NCBI RefSeq assembly: GCF_006345805.1 | Contig: NC_043002.1 | Coordinates: forward strand, 20,522,001 to 20,586,000 | Direction of reading: 5' to 3' | Length of the DNA stretch: 64,000 nucleotides | From: Octopus sinensis | Taxonomy: Eukaryota | In this document: piece by piece, positions 25,263 to 38,282 of the stretch | Layout of the letters: each line of letters begins with the position of its first letter | Numbering within the stretch: the stretch's first letter is position 1 | The notes under the pieces: model-generated | The model's input: the letters and a program-made list of their open reading frames with translations, nothing else | What the model was told of the DNA's origin: nothing | Databases searched by the model: none | Program-made: the position numbers and the translations under genes

Positions 25263-25703
25263 TTCTTTTATTCTGTTACTTGTTTCAGTCATTTGACTGC
25301 GGCCATGCTGGAGCACCGCCTTTAGTCAAACAAATCGACCCCAAGACGTATTCTTTGTAAGCCTAGTACTTATTCTATTGGTGTCTTTTGCCAAACCGCT
25401 AAGTTACGGGAACGTAAACACACCAACATCGGTTGTCTGTAATAATGGGGAGACAAACACAGATACACAAATACATACATATGTGTATATGTAATATATA
25501 CATACATGCATGCATACATACACACACACACACATATATATGTGTGTGTGCGTGTGTCTCCGTCTACCAGATCCACTCACAAAGCTTTAGTCGGCCCGAG
25601 GCTATAGTAGAAGACACTTGCTCAAGGTGCCATGCAGTGGGACTGAACTCGGAACCATGAAGTTGGCGAGCAAGCTTCTTACGACACAGCCACTCCTGCA
25701 CCT
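25263..25703 (-). mobile_element. SINE family A, full length
   Basis: Family A match. Confidence 0.9.
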
Positions 25704-26289
25704 ATACATCAACAGGCAATAAAGAAAAATAAACAAAAATATCCCTCCACCGAGGAACAAAAACCCCATGTCTTTTAATCGATGAATAAGCAAAGCATCC
25801 ATCCGTAGAAATCATGCTAAAACTGAGACACTGTATCAAGAAGTGGTTCTCCAATCCATTGGTTCTTGTAAAGACGTCCAACCCATACCAGTAAGGAAAA
25901 TGGGCGTAAAAGGACGTTGACGGTGATGAATTTTCCGGATTAGAAATGAGGTTAATTATCTGACAAATTATATAAACAAAAATAACTAAAATAAAGTCCT
26001 GAGTTAGATTTGATTTCTTGCAGAGGATTCAGTAGGGTCTTTTGTATTTTTTCTTTTCTTTTTCTTTTTCTTTTTTTTTTTCTGTTTAGCCTGTTCACAG
26101 GTTTCAGGAAAAAAAGAAAAAAAAAGAGAAAAACCCTTATCAACATTGGTCAGTCATCACAAAGATTCTTCAATTAAATGATATGGGGTTTTATTCTTCT
26201 GCGGATGGGGTTTATTTTGTTTATTTTTCTTCATTGCCTGTTTGTATATTTTGTTTGTGTCAGGTGTTCACGTTATTCTATCTTCTTTC

Positions 26290-27142
26290 CATCATCATCG
26301 TCATTGACTTTGTCGTCACTATCAACATCGTCGTCGTCATCGTCATCATTAACATCATTATCGTCATGGTGATCATCACCGTCGTCGTCATCATCATCAT
26401 CATCATTGACGTTGTCGTCGTTATCGCTGTAGTTGTCATCGTCTTTTTCATCATCATCATTACCATCGTCGTCGTCGTCGTCGTCATCATCATCATCATC
26501 ATCACCATCGTCGTCGTCGTCATCGTCATCATCATCATCATTGACGTTGTCGTCGTTGTGGTCGTCATCGTCCTTTTCATCATCACCATCGTCGTCGTCG
26601 TCGTCATCGTCATCATCATCATCATTGACGTTGTCGTCGTTGTGGTTGTCATCGTCCTTTTCATCATCATCATTACCATCGTCGTCGTCGTCGTCGTCGT
26701 CATCATCATCATCATCATCATCATCATCACCATCGTCGTCGTCGTCATCGTCATCATCATCATCATTGACGTTGTCGTCGTTGTGGTTGTCATCGTCCTT
26801 TTCATCATCATCATCACCATCGTCGTCATCGTTATCGTCGTCATCATCACATCATTGACGTCGTCGTCGTTATCGCTGTAGTTGTCATCGTCCTTTTCAT
26901 CATCATCATCATCACCATCATCGTCATCATCATCATCATCATTGACGTCGTCGTCGTTATCGCTGTGGTTGTCATCGTCCTTTTCATCATCATCGTCACC
27001 ATCGTCGTCGTCGTTATCGTCGTCATCGTCATCGTCATCATCATCATTATCATCATCATTGACGTCGTCGTCATTATCGCTGTAGTTGTCATCATCCTTT
27101 TCATCATCACCATCATCATCATCGTCGTCGTCGTCGTCGTGA
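26290..27142. repeat. Higher-order (CAT/CGT)n trinucleotide-based tandem repeat; poly-Asp reading on the minus strand
   Basis: About 8 variable-length units anchored by ATTGACGT.GTCGTCGTT...GTCATCGTCCTTTTCATCATC. Confidence 0.9.
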
Positions 27143-27652
27143 TGGCGTAAATCATCGTAAATTATCGACTGGTGTTCCAACTGAGATTAACAAGGGATTA
27201 ATGGTGAAATTTTAGCTCCCGAGGGAAAAAAAAGTAATTTTGAAACCGATTTACTCTTTCTTCTGCTTCTCGTATTTCCTGTCTGTTTCCTTCTCTCTGT
27301 CCCTCTATCTCCATCTCTTTCTCCCTCCCTCCCTCCCTCTTTCTCTCCCACCATGGGGGATTGTCACAAATTAGAGCAAAGCCTCATACAAACATTAATT
27401 CCAGTGAGCGGAATCCTTAATGTGAATGGGTGTATGTCATCATAACATCCATAATTTTGGCAGCTGCTGCTACTGTTGTTGTTGTTGTTGTTATCGGAGT
27501 TAATCAGGGTACGACAGACGAACGAATTAGGGTGAGCAGTGAGTGTCAAGAGAAGCATTTATCTTAAGAGTTTGGGAATATATACGAGCAATATCCTGCA
27601 CAGTTTTAAGTATATTTCAAACTCAAAATTTTATTTCAACCATTTACATTGC

Positions 27653-27764
27653 ACCTCTCTCTCTTCTCTCTCTCTCCTATCTCTCTTTCTCTCTCTGTCT
27701 CTTCTCTTTCTCTCTTTCTCTCTCTGTCTCTTCTCTTTCTCTCTTTCTCTCTCTGTCTCTTCTC

Positions 27765-27806
<42 letters not shown>

Positions 27807-28030
27807 TTCCCTCTCTGTCTCTTCTCTGTCTCTTCTCTGTCTCTCCTCTCTCTCTGTCTCTTCTCTCTCTCCTCTCTCTCTTTTCTCTGTCTCTTCTCTC
27901 TCTCCTCTCTTTCCCTCCCTGTCTCTTCTCTCTCTCTTCTCTTCTCTCTCTGTCTCTCTATCTATCTGCCTGTCTATCTCTTTACCTCTATCACTCCCTG
28001 CCTGCCTACCTGCTCCCTCCCTTCCTACAT
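27653..28030. repeat. Degenerate (CT)n polypyrimidine tract
   Basis: Direct reading. Confidence 0.95.
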
Positions 28031-28064
28031 ACATTCATACACATCTGTGTGTGTAAACGTGTGT

Positions 28065-28115
<51 letters not shown>

Positions 28116-28274
28116 GTGTGGTAAGAAGTTTGCTTCCCACCCACACAGTTCCGGGTTCAGTCCCACTGCGTGGTGTCTTGGACTAGTGTATTCTACTATA
28201 ACCTTATATATAAGCCGTTGTACATAAACATGTGTATACGCGCGTACACACTCGCATACATACATATATGCATA

Positions 28275-28783
28275 CTGTAAATCCTCGAGTATAATCCGCG
28301 TTTTCCCCCCAAATTTAAAGGTCAAAATCCCTAGTGCGTACTATATACGAGGTTGTAAATGAAAATTATTTTCTAAGCAATGTCCGAGTCTCTATTTGTT
28401 GTCCGGCAATGTTTATTCAGACGCATTTTGTGATGTTCGGTGCGAAAATACCTTAAGCTAAGCCTGAAAGCAAGGAAGTCAAAAGAATCATTCATAACTT
28501 GCTATAAGCAACATTTATTAAACATTATTACTGTTATTTCTTTGTTTTCTGCAAACAAAATGCACAAAAAAGCTACACGTTTGCATTATGTTATATATAC
28601 AACCATAATAAAGGACGTTACCGTATACATTTTTACAAACCAAGGACGTTATATAGACCGCCTTGACTCAAGTTAGAGAAGGGGTGCGTATTATACACAA
28701 GGTTTAGGTTTTCCAGGGGTGCAGCTCCCTAAAAATCCCCTGCGTATTATACTCAAGGGCGGAGTATACTCGAGGATTTACAG
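28275..28783 (+). mobile_element. pogo/Tc1-mariner-type MITE
   Basis: TA TSD; TIR CTGTAAATCCTCGAGTATAATCCGC / GCGGAGTATACTCGAGGATTTACAG; subterminal GCGTATTATAC repeats; second copy at 46970. Confidence 0.9.
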
Positions 28784-29316
28784 TATACGCCCTGCATTCT
28801 TTATCACCCACTTACTCCTGTGACAGTCATGGTGACAAAGTCCTCAGAACATCCTTCAGAGAGTTTTATTAGAAGCAACCGTCAACGAATGATCTGGCTG
28901 AAGCTTCACTAAGATCTTCCGAAGCTATGGACATTAACCAGTAATTTAACTCGTAGTTTACATCTAGATTTCCCGCCAGTTAGCCTCGTCTATAAAATCT
29001 TCTCTGAGACATTCTATCCCCATGCCTCTGTATTACTGGATTCCCTGATCTCTGAATCACACACCCTATCAAGTAGCATTAACTCCAGTGGCCATTCAGA
29101 CAAATCCTATTTCACACCCTTGCATCCTTGATCATATTCTATCTTAGATTCATCACCACAGATACAAGGATGGCTCTGTGGTTGAGAAACTCACTTTGTA
29201 ACCACGTGGTTAAGGATTCAGTCCCATTGCGCAGTAACTTGGGTAAGGGTTTTCTACTATAGCCCCAGGTCGACCAATACTTTGTGAGCGAATTTGGGAG
29301 ACAGAGACTGTGAGGA

Positions 29317-29655
29317 GGGCGGCAAGCTGGCAGAATCGTTAGCACGCCGGACGAAATGCTTAGCGGTATTTCGTCTGCCTTTACGTTCTGAGTTCAAATT
29401 CCGCCGAGGTCGACTTTGCCTTTCATCCTTTGGGGGTTGATAAATTAAGTACCAGTTAACGCACTGGGGTCGATATAATCGACTTAATATGTTTGTCTGT
29501 TCTTGTTTGTCCTCTCTGTGTTTAGCCCCTTCTTGGTAGTAAAAGAAATACGTTGCCTTTCGTTCTTTCGGGGTCGATTAAATAAGTACCAGTTACGCAC
29601 TGAGGTCGATATAATCAACTTAATCCTTGTTTGTCCCCTCTGTGTGTAGCCCCTT
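29317..29655 (+). mobile_element. SINE family B with tandem partial duplication
   Basis: GCCTTTC.T.CTTT.GGGGT.GAT...AAGTACCAGTT module present twice. Confidence 0.88.
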
Positions 29656-30366
29656 ATAAGAAAATGTGAGGAAGCTCATTGTGTGTGTGTGTGTGCATCC
29701 GCATCTTTTTGTCATGTTTGTTTCCCTTCACCGCTTCAGAAACCGGTTTTGTTTTGGTTTGTTTACGCTTCCCCTTAGCTTAGACGTTCGATAAAGTAAC
29801 TGATGGAATAAATACAGGCTCAAATACAAGTGCTAGTGTCGATTTATTTCAATTAAAGCCCTCAAATGGTAAACAGCAATGAGTGGAGCAAGTGAAAAAT
29901 AAAAGATAGGTGAGGATAGGCATGAAAAACCGAAATGAAAATTTCGAGTTTGTTTTCTTTTCACTCACCTCCTTCCTTCAGGTGATTAAGCGCTGAAGTT
30001 GGCGCACCATTAAACCAGTTACAGCAATTCTTGCATCTAATTCTGTTTCCTACTTTCCATCACTCATAAAAACAGTTCCTAAATACTTGAATTTTTCCAT
30101 TTCTTGCATTGTAATTCCAGTAACCTGCCACGCTCCATAGTATAACTGCAGTTAGTTGATTTAATGCCGTTAGTAACCAAAGAAGTGCAAGTTTGCGTAA
30201 TTTGACATGATTGAGCTTTTATCTTCTCCAAAAATTTTCTCATCAGTATTTTGAAATGTGAAAAGAAATACTGTTCTGTAACTGATACAAATAATTATAG
30301 CATATCAGTCAGGAAAACACTACTTCTTGATAAACGTTCTACCTGAGTAAAGAATGACAGCTTTAA

Positions 30367-30965
30367 GGCGGCGAGCTGGTAGAATCGTTAGCACGCCGGG
30401 CGAAATGCCTAGCGGTATTTCGTCGGCCGCTACGTTCTGAGTTCAAATTCCGCCGAGGTCGACTTTGCCTTTCATCCTTTTGAGGTCGATTAAATAAGTA
30501 CCAGTTACGCACTGGGGTCGATATAATCCGTTTGACTGTCCTTGTTTGTCCTCTGTGTGTTCAGCCCCTTGTGGGTAGTAAAGAAATAGGTATTTCGTCT
30601 GCCGCTACGTTCTGAGTTCAAATTCCGCCGTGATTGACTTTGCCTTTCATCCTTTCGGGGTCGATTAAATAAGTACCAGTTATGTACTGGGGTCGATATA
30701 ATCGACATAATCTGTTTGTCTGTCCTTGTTTGTCCTCTCTGTGTGTATCCCCCTTGTGGGTAGTAAAGAAATAAGAATCGTTAGCACGCCAGGCAAAATG
30801 CTTAACAATTTTTGGTCCGTCTTTAGGTTCTCATTTCAAATCCCACCGAGGTCGACTTTGCCTTTCATCCTTTCGGAGTCGATAAAATAAGTACTACTCG
30901 AGCACTAGAGTCAATGTAGATGATTTGCCTCCGCCCCTGAGCTAGCTGGCCAAAATTGGAAACCA
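30367..30965 (+). mobile_element. SINE family B, tandem trimer
   Basis: Three successive TTCAAAT.CC.CCG...GACTTTGCCTTTCATCCTTT modules. Confidence 0.9.
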
Positions 30966-31299
30966 AAACTAACAACAACTTTGATGCCAGATTTCTTTTG
31001 TTTATGTTAAGATTTGCGAAATAGACGTGTCCTTATATTTTAAACAATAATAAAATAAGAAGAAAACACTCACACACACGCACGCACACGCATTTTCATA
31101 TAGAGACGTCGGGTCATCGTTAAATCTAATATAGCCAATTATATATATTTTTTATCTCCAATAGGTAAATAATTCTTTTTGGACCATAGATATCAAAAAT
31201 GATTAAGCAGAAATAATTCTAAGATTAATTTCTCTTGCACATCCAATATTTTATTTTAAAAAATCTAATGAAAATAAACGTGGAAAATACTAGGTGTGA

Positions 31300-31511
31300 G
31301 GGCGGCAAGCTGGCAGAATCGTTAGCACGCCGGGCAAAATGCTTAGCGGTATTTCGACCGTCTTTACTTTCTGAGTCCAAATTCGGCCGAGGTCGACTTT
31401 GCCTTTCATCCTTTCGGGGTCGATAAACTAAGTATCAGTTGCATACTGGGGTCAATCTAATCGACTGGCCCCTCCACTCAAATTTCAGGCCTTGTGCCTG
31501 TAGTAGAAAGG
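31300..31511 (+). mobile_element. SINE family B
   Basis: Family B match. Confidence 0.88.
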
Positions 31512-31869
31512 AAAATACTAGGTGGAATTGTAGAAATAGAGATTTATGCCCCCTTAATGCCGTTTTTCAGAATAATCAATCGATCTGTAGAGCAAATGTG
31601 ATTTCAAAATCCACTAAGCTTATAACTAAAGCACTACATCAGTATCCTCGTTGGTTTCTTATTGAAGTGATGTTATGTTAAGCGCTTCTATGTTCTATAC
31701 AACCTATTGCATTGTGATGTAATTCCTACCATATGCTCCAACATGACGATAGCTTACGGACTTTTTTGTTTTCCCGCTTTTCTAATGTGATATTAGATAA
31801 ATGTATGTATTATATCATACGACTTTAATTATGCATTTGTATAAAAAGAAAAAAGAAAGGTGGTTTCAC

Positions 31870-33065
31870 TAAAGTTGTAAACAGTCATAGAAGAGGAATT
31901 ATCAAATGATATTGTTTTTTCGGAAAGACGGGGAAATGTCTATTACGTCCGTAGTCTCTGGAATTATAAAATTGAAGAATTTTGTCGGCTTGAACATCTG
32001 TAAACCGACGTCTGCAAGAAATATTATGGTGTCCAAAATTTCCAGAGAATTTATGTTTCTGAGCAGGATTGATTCGATGCAGTGGTTAGTTTGGTACGTG
32101 GGCTGTGAAGCAGTACATGTGATGAAAATTGGAGAGATAGGTAAATGTGTCGGATGGGACTGGATGAGAAAGTTGAAATACAGCTAAGTAGTTCAGAGGA
32201 GCAGAGGCTTTTGTAGTATCAACATAATAGATAGAAAGAGCGGGGCGAGCACTATCATATCTGTGGGCCAAGGTTTGAAGTGTGCTATTGAGTGGCGCTG
32301 TGTCAACCAACCAGTTGGTCCCTTTTTAACATATGATGTGTGTGTGTTTGTTACTGTAACATCGTTCCAGATGTAGGAGCAGTACTTCATTGAGGGTCTC
32401 ACTTAAGCTTTCCACAACGATCAGAACTGAAGTATTTTCTAGCCCTGAAGATGTGGTTTCAGTTATGTTATGTATGTGGGGCCACCAGGAGAGATCAGCA
32501 GTTATTGTGAGATTCAGTATTTATCACAATTTCGAGGATTTTAATTGTGTTGTCCCAAAGTAGAGAGAGAAAGTTACGAGGTTGTTTCCTTTGTATGAAC
32601 ACTAATTGTATTATACCTGTGTTGTTAAAAGAGACAAGATTGACTAGAACGTTCATGGATGTAATGTAAGTTTGACATTAGAGTACCTACATTGCATCGG
32701 GGAGTGGAGTGTCTGTGAGTGGGGGATAAAGAGGAGTGAAGAATGGTAGCATCCGCAGAGGGGTGAGCTTTATTAGAGACCACAGCAAGCAGGTCATTAG
32801 AATTGAGGAACATGACCGTAAATCAGAAAGGACCATGCCTGCACATGTTATGGTAGTGCAATGTGACGGGAAGTTTCTACACCAACAAACGAGACAAATG
32901 AAGTCTGGGAGCGGACAAGACATCATTTAAAAGCTTTGATTATGTCGAATGCAACGACATTGCTTTCGCTGAGCTTCACAAGATCGAGAAATCACCAGTG
33001 AGTGGCGTATTAGAACAGGTCATGGTAAATACAGCTTTACGAAAGCCATATTGAGGGTCATGGCT
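31870..33065 (-). mobile_element. Degenerate CR1-group LINE reverse transcriptase / C-terminal remnant
   Basis: Minus-strand remnants QYGFRK, VAFDIIKAF, HPSADATILH (YADD region), RPSMKYCSYIW, LQTLAHR; many stops. Confidence 0.75.
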
Positions 33066-33117
33066 AGGAATGTAGCAAAAAAGAAAAAAAGATTATTTTC
33101 TGATGACGTGACTGTTC

Positions 33118-33165
<48 letters not shown>

Positions 33166-33167
<2 letters not shown>

Positions 33168-33727
33168 GCCCTGATGCAGTACTAGGCAGTGGCTCCCATG
33201 GCGTCTGATCTTAACTGATTGGAAGTGTTACCATGTACATTGTTTTGTCTTGGTATAAAAGATGGTCTACAGCAAAATATTCTGCTCAATACCACAGATT
33301 TGCTTGTCAGTTGTTTGACCTTAACCAGTTGACTATGTCCCTTAGTGTGCATCTCTGATATGTGCATCTCTGATCATGAGCAGAAGTAGTTAGGGAACAT
33401 CATCGCCTTGTGTTGAAAGGAATTCTTAAAGGTTTGGATAATTCACATTTGGAATCATGGGTGGTTCGTTTAACATCCTTAAACAATCCTTATTGAGGGA
33501 CCTTTTGAGCGGGGTGGGCTACTCGACCTGAAGAAAATTCTAACTGGGCCCCACCTGCAAGGTCATGCGCTGTTTATCTTGATATGAAATCACCATATAG
33601 TGCACATATGGTTGTGATGCATGTGCCTGGTGTACCCTCATAAGAAAAGTAGCCATGATGGGTATACTGGGCTTCATATATTTGTACCCCATTGTCACTT
33701 TGATGGCATGAACTGCTCTCTCACTCG
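33166..33727 (+). mobile_element. Family E (TAA)n-embedded element, copy 2
   Basis: ATGCCCTGATGCAGTAC...TGCTCTCTCACTC, (AAT)n on both sides. Confidence 0.9.
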
Positions 33728-33768
<41 letters not shown>

Positions 33769-34544
33769 CTTATTCATGACAAGCATATTTAAAAATAGAA
33801 ACCATGTATACACACATTCGCACGTATACTTTCAGACACTTTATAGTATACATTTATTTACTGTCTTACACGGAAAGCATTCACACACACTTGCACGCAC
33901 GCACGCGCGCGCGCGCGCACACACACACACACCACACACACACGCATGCACATACACACATCCACGCACGTAAACACCCATACACTCAAAAAGAAAGCTG
34001 TACAGTGAATATTTTAGATTCACAGGTTTTCACCTCCGTTTCTTTCTTTTGCTATATTTCGCTGTTTTACTGTTTCTTCTCGACCTTAATGTCTCTCTAT
34101 ATATCTTTACTGTTGCCACAAATGTCGAGATGGCGGCCTGATGATGGGCGTATTTTCATGGCTTCTTAATCAAACCAAAATACAGGCCGAACCAATAGGG
34201 AAAGGGAGGCTTTGGTTTCTTTCTTGTTTTTTTTTTTAAATTACTGAAAATTCGTTTATGTTCTCAATTTCTGTCTGTAAACCAGACAGATAGATAGATA
34301 AACAGACGGGAACGAATATTTGTCTATTTGACTATCTGCTTATTTTTTTGATTGCCTGCTTGACTATTTGTCTGTGTTTTTGTCTATCTATTGGCTTATT
34401 TTTGTATATCTGCCTAGTTTATCCGTTAGTCTGTCGTATGTTTGCTTTGTCTAATTATAACAAAATCTGTATATCTGTTTATCAGAATCTGTCCACAGTA
34501 AGTTTTTACTTTTACACACACACACACACGTGTGTGTGTATGTC

Positions 34545-34865
34545 CTCTACTGTAGCCTCTGGGGCGACCAAAGCCTTGTGGGTGGATTTGGTAAACGGAA
34601 ACTGAAAGTGTCCCATCGTGTATATATATATGTATATATATTTTTGCGAGTGTCTTTGAGTCAGCGTACGTCCCCCCCCTTCCCATCACTTGACGACCGT
34701 TGTTTGTATGTTATGTTCCTGAAACTTGGCGGTTCGGCAAAACAGACCGGTAGGATAACTACTAGGCTTACAAAGAGTAAGTCCTGGGGTCAATTTCTTC
34801 GACTAAAGGCGGTGCTCCAGCATGGCTACAATCAAATGACTGAAACGTGTAAAATAGTAAAAGAG

Positions 34866-34866
<1 letters not shown>
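34545..34866 (+). mobile_element. SINE family A, 5'-truncated
   Basis: Family A body and tail. Confidence 0.85.
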
Positions 34867-34915
<49 letters not shown>

Positions 34916-35166
34916 TATATATATATCAAAATAAGCAGCAAGGATATCCAGAGGTAATGCAGTACGATCGTTTCATGTGACTCCATTTAATTGAACAATG
35001 CAATCATTTCATTACTTCAATTCAAAATGTAGAGCAATCTTCAGCTGCACAAAGACATAGAATTTAATTAAATTAGAAGGACACATTAGTATAATTTTAC
35101 CCCAAATCTCCAAGAGGATAAGGAGATAGACAAAGAACATGCTTTACCAACAATATCACAGTTGTA

Positions 35167-35196
<30 letters not shown>

Positions 35197-35199
<3 letters not shown>

Positions 35200-35411
35200 C
35201 TTTTAGTATATGACCTCGTGAATACCACCGGCGATTTTTTTCCTCTGTCCTCCTGTCTCGGGATCTTTCCTTCTCCTATGTTTCCGACGAAGAGCTCCGC
35301 TCGAAACGTCAAGCCCTCCCTCTTCCCTTCTTTCCTGAGCGTCCAATAATACTTTATTTGTTCCACATCCTTGCGTTGTTGTCTTTTTGTTTTCTTGTTT
35401 GGATTAACTTT
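35197..35411 (+). mobile_element. Penelope-like terminal repeat remnant in (TA)n, with hammerhead-like motif at 35280-35314
   Basis: CCGACGA-A-GAGC-TCC-GCTC-GAAACGTC; (TA)n on both sides. Confidence 0.55.
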
Positions 35412-35722
35412 ATATATATATATATATATATATAAATGTAAGGCTTTGCAATTCCTTATAGGTAGATAAGGACATTGTTAAAGTGAACCCTTCCACAAGA
35501 GCTTTCATGATGTTTGGAACAATATACATGCAATCTTTAAACCCGCAGCAAAAACCCTATAATTCACAAAGTCATTCCTTCAATCATATCTTTGAGTATA
35601 ATAGAGTTATAATCCATCCATGCTCAAACTTCAGTCGTTAGCACAGAGAGAAAGACCTAATCTTTACTCTTGCATTCCATTGCGCTTAGGCAATAACGAA
35701 CGCCTGCCATCAGCTTAGTTAC

Positions 35723-35723
<1 letters not shown>

Positions 35724-35753
<30 letters not shown>

Positions 35754-37141
35754 TGTATGTATGTATGTATGTATGTATGTGTGGTGTATGTATGTATGTA
35801 TGTATGCATGTATGTATGTATGTATGTATGTGTGGTGTATGTATGTATGCATGTATGTATGTATGTATGTATGTGTGTGTGTATGTATGTATGTATGTAT
35901 GTATGTATGTATGTATGTATGTATGTATGTATGTATGTATATTGGCCCACTGGGAATAGGAGGCCCCTCTGTTGTTGTCACAACATCTTTCTAGGAGAGG
36001 TAAATTCTGCGAGAAAACCTGCGACGCTGACAATATTCGATGATGTAAACTAGTTCTTCTTTCGGAGTTTATGTTGTCCACTTTCGAAGAGTAGGATTGG
36101 ATTTTTGCAAATCCGTTCCCGACTTTAAAAAATCATCATGCACACGCATCGCTTGAAAAAAACAGTAAGATCTATCACAAAAATGGCTAATCGTAGCCAT
36201 CGCATGCGTGGGACTTTCGATCAGGCTATGGCCATACTCGAACACGAGTTTGCAGCCATCATGTATGTATATATGTATGTGTTTGTGTATGTATGTATGT
36301 ATGCATGTATGTATGTATGTATGTATGTATGTATGTATGTATGTATGTATGTATGTATGTATGTATGTATGTATGTATGTATGTATGTATTCGACTGTCC
36401 TTGCATGACTCTGTCTGCCTGTCTATCTTTCTATCTTTCTGTGTGTGTGTGTGTGTGTACATACTCAAACAGAGCGTCCGCATTGTGACTACAGTTGAAG
36501 TCATTTGCTAAAGTGACGCCGCGTAGTAGGATCGACCCTGGAACCGTTCCTTGCGAAACGACCTGCTTTAACGGCATTGTCTGCACCTGCGTTTTCAAGA
36601 GAGAAATAGTGTGTGTGTATGTGTGTATGTAATACATATATTATACATGTATACATCGGTTAGTCCACATTACTCTGTAAGAGCACAGAGACGGTTTCTC
36701 GGTTTCACTGCCATATATACTCTTCCTTGGACGAGACACCGGACTGTCGCTGGATTTCTCAATTTTACCAGCTGAATAGAATGAAGTGTTTTTCTCAAGA
36801 ACACAACGCATCACCCAGTCCAGGAATCGAAACCACAATCGTATGATTATGAGTCCACCACCCTAACCTCTAAGCTCTGCGCCTCCACATATGTATGTAT
36901 GTATGTATGTATATATGTATGTACGTATGTATGTATGTTTGTATGTATGTATGTATGTATGAATGTCTGTATATATGTATGTATGCATATATGTATATAT
37001 ATATGTCAGTGCACCTGTGTCTATCTGTTTGTCTGTCTGCTGTCTGCCTGTCTGTGTATGTATGTATGTATGTATGTATGTATGTATGTATGTATGTATG
37101 TATGTATGTATGTAGTATGTATGTATGTATGTATGTATGTA
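35724..37141. repeat. Three (TATG)n microsatellite blocks (35724-35940, 36260-36390, 36889-37141)
   Basis: Direct reading. Confidence 0.95.
36655..36887 (-). mobile_element. tRNA-derived SINE family C variant
   Basis: Reverse complement of GGAGGCGCAGAGCTTAGAGGTTAGGG...GGTTTCGATTCCTGGACTGGG...TGTGTTCTTGAGAAAAACAC. Confidence 0.75.
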
Positions 37142-37499
37142 CATGACGATGCAACGATGGATACTTATCCGGACTGAAACAATTTTAAATATTTAAAAAC
37201 AAAGCAACACTAATACCTTAAAAAACTAATTTTTTAAAAAAGCATCACACACTTCAAGCAGATGTACTTTGTAAATGAGAAATACCCAACACTTGAAATT
37301 TCAAATTAAAACGATATATCATTTACTGAGAAAATTCTCAGAGAATCACTGACGGTTGGTGTTGGTATAAATGAGAACGAGGGGGGGGGAATAACAGATG
37401 CTACTTCCAGTGTCTTAAGATAGGAGATAGACAAAAGACCGATTAATATACAAAAAAGCATTTCCTGTTTAGTCGCGATTATTTACGGTCATAGAGAAG

Positions 37500-37915
37500 G
37501 AGTTATGAAAGAAATGAGAAAGTGAGAAATATAACTCCAGCTTCCCACCCACCAGCTTGTAATGCCATGTCCTTTGTCTCCTTTACTCTTGAAGCCGATG
37601 TGCAATTGGCACCACGCATTCCTTGTTTCTTTTTACTAGTTTCTTTCTTTATCGAATACACTGGCGCATTGTTCCTAACAATAAACATATCAACTCCAGC
37701 ACTTTTGTTAGTCTGGTATTTTATCGTTTTCTATTTGTCGAACCTCAAAGATAACGGTTAAAGGGACACGAACATAAACTACACTGGTTTTCGAGTTTGT
37801 AGGAGTGGCTAGATTAGCTAATGGCCTTTGCTCGATACTTGTCCATTGTCGATGGCTGGTTTATATTATCGAATGAAGATAGCTTCTATTACCCGCAGGT
37901 TCCCGACATTTCAGT
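37500..37915 (-). mobile_element. Possible RTE-like LINE endonuclease remnant
   Basis: Minus-strand NVG.L.G start and RGA...YKL.G-like remnants; very decayed. Confidence 0.3.
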
Positions 37916-37982
37916 CTAAGCGCTGATCGTACTTGTAATTTATTACCACCGGCTTTCATCTAGTTACTTTTTGACTGATAAG

Positions 37983-38054
<72 letters not shown>

Positions 38055-38282
38055 TTGCGTGTTCGTGTGTCTGGAGGTATTCTTTGATCCAGGATGTCCC
38101 GAATCGTGCAGCTAATGCACCTTTTGGTCCATTCTATATGGCAGATGATGTAAACTCGAAAACAAATGCCCACGTTACTGATGAATAACATTATTATTAT
38201 TATTATTATATTATTATTATTATTATATTATTATTATTATTATTATATTATTATTATTATATTATTATTATTATTATTATAT

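Noticed and set aside
26183-26881. Hydrophobic Val/Ile ORF and the Ser and Met/Thr frames
   Set aside because: Alternative frames of the same trinucleotide repeat; only the Asp frame has plausible flanking signals
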